This document shows, one piece after another, positions 63,039-64,000 of a stretch of DNA of 64,000 nt. Made by a program: the position numbers and the translations under genes. The notes under the pieces were generated by a model. The model was given only the letters and a program-made list of their open reading frames with translations, made no database searches and had not been told where the DNA came from. Origin of the DNA: a virus; the IMG/VR virus record IMGVR_UViG_3300045988_134731, positions 74,545-138,544 of that record, one strand, 5' to 3'. Numbering within the stretch: position 1 is the first letter of the stretch; each line of letters opens with the position of its first letter.

Positions 63039-64000
63039 ATGATTAATATAGATAAAGATTATTTAATTACCGTAGATTTAAAAAATACAAAAGTTAAATC
63101 CGACAAAACTATATTTTTCTATAACACAGATTTAAATATTTGTAATATTTTTATAAAATTAATTTGTACTGATGAAGATAAAACCATACCAGATGATTTA
63201 ATCGTTGAATTTGCAGTATTAAAACCAGAAACAGATGAATTTAAACCTTTAGACGCAACATTAATATCTAAAGAAGATTTATTGTATCAAGTTGATTTAA
63301 CTACAGATTATTTTGATATAGTTGGTAAATATTCATGTGAAATAAGAGTTTCGGGAACAATAGAAAATGAATTAAAATGTTTTACATCTGAAGAATTTGA
63401 TTATGTAGTTAAACCTAATATAACTGCTAAATTAAATAAAAAAATAAAAAATGATAAAAATCTTCCTATATTAGAAAAATTAATAAAAGATGTTAAAGAA
63501 ATAACCGACGGAATAAATACAAATGAAATTCAGATGAAACGAGATGAAAATTTAGTTGGTGATAACAAAACTATAGTAGGTGCGATAAATCAGTTAAGAG
63601 AAGATGTTAATTCTGGAATCGGTGGAGGAACTGTAGAATTAAAAGATTATCAAAAGAAAAATGATGAATTTTTAAATACCGATGAAAAAACAATTACTGG
63701 TGGGATAAATGAAGTAAATAATAAAATAAAGAAAGTACAAGAAAGTCAAATTGAACTTGATAAAGACGATGTTTCATTTAATGGTGTAGATGATATTTCA
63801 CATGATGAATTAAATACTACAAATAAAACTATAATTGGTGCTATAAATGAAGTTGATTCGCAATTTAAAGATATTGCGAACAACCAACCAACTGATTTGT
63901 CATTAGATAGTGCTACTAATTTACTTCAACTTGTAAATTCAAAGGGTAGTAAATTAGGCAACGGAATAACACTTCCTATATCAAGTGGTGGGGGTACAAG
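63039..64000 (+). CDS. tail fibre or baseplate protein (BppU-N-like N-terminus, KTIxGAINE repeats), 3' partial
   Basis: The ATG at 63039 follows an AAAGGAGGA RBS and the frame stays open to the window end. Repeats: NKTIVGAINQL, EKTITGGINEV, NKTIIGAINEV. It is absent from the ORF track because it has no stop in the window. Confidence 0.6.
   Translation, partial: MINIDKDYLITVDLKNTKVKSDKTIFFYNTDLNICNIFIKLICTDEDKTIPDDLIVEFAVLKPETDEFKPLDATLISKEDLLYQVDLTTDYFDIVGKYSCEIRVSGTIENELKCFTSEEFDYVVKPNITAKLNKKIKNDKNLPILEKLIKDVKEITDGINTNEIQMKRDENLVGDNKTIVGAINQLREDVNSGIGGGTVELKDYQKKNDEFLNTDEKTITGGINEVNNKIKKVQESQIELDKDDVSFNGVDDISHDELNTTNKTIIGAINEVDSQFKDIANNQPTDLSLDSATNLLQLVNSKGSKLGNGITLPISSGGGT

Noticed and set aside
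1-64000. Whether the regularly recurring box plus variable intervening sequence could be a CRISPR array, or the hairpin modules integron attC sites.
   Set aside because: The spacing is gene-sized and irregular (0.2-1 kb), and the intervening sequences are ORFs with RBSs. The hairpin stems do not share the R''/L''-L'/R' core (GTTRRRY) of attC. The recombinase at 19768-20655 is an ordinary XerC/phage-integrase type and is not adjacent to the array.
1-64000. tRNA, rRNA or tmRNA genes.
   Set aside because: I saw no cloverleaf-compatible GC-rich segment of 70-90 nt and no GTTCGAATC-type T-loop. The only GC-richer non-coding stretches are the intron-like inserts, the parM leader and the terminators. 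A tRNAscan or Infernal run would still be needed to exclude them formally.

Overview
The window is strongly AT-rich and has Firmicutes-style signals (GGAGG ribosome-binding sites, TTGACA/TATAAT promoters, almost all stops TAA). I read it as part of a large tailed phage that also carries plasmid-maintenance functions, i.e. a candidate phage-plasmid. All protein-family calls come from motifs read by eye; no database, HMM or RNA-folding search was run.

Layout:
- 1-31.1 kb: about 55 short leftward genes. Most have their own sigma-A-type promoter. Recognisable products include a ParM/ParR-like partition pair, two sigma-70-family factors, a tyrosine recombinase, an SF2 helicase-like ATPase, a Dam-like methyltransferase, SprT-like and J-domain proteins, a PTH2-like hydrolase, two pentapeptide-repeat proteins and three 259-aa AP2-like endonuclease paralogs.
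- 31.1-37 kb: a maintenance and switch region. It holds a roughly 2 kb non-coding origin-like tract (three perfect DnaA boxes, an 18-bp inverted repeat, 171-bp repeats), a replication-relaxation plus FtsK-like pair, and a Rep_3-like initiator with 17-bp iterons.
- 37-64 kb: rightward genes. These include small membrane proteins, a second helicase-like ATPase, a beta-class methyltransferase, a sigma-like regulator, an HU-like protein and a metallophosphoesterase, followed by a packaging, head and tail module.

Most notable observations:
1. An oriented box, AAAATAATTAATAAA, sits at more than 50 gene junctions.
2. A second promoter class, ATAGGTAAT-N14-TGTTAATAC, occurs in nine copies with invariant spacing, alongside phage sigma genes.
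3. The large terminase gene is split by two related ORF-less intron-like inserts.
4. The major capsid gene is split by an intron carrying a homing-endonuclease gene.
5. Ten intergenic modules of a variable hairpin followed by AGCTCAA lie in the early arm.
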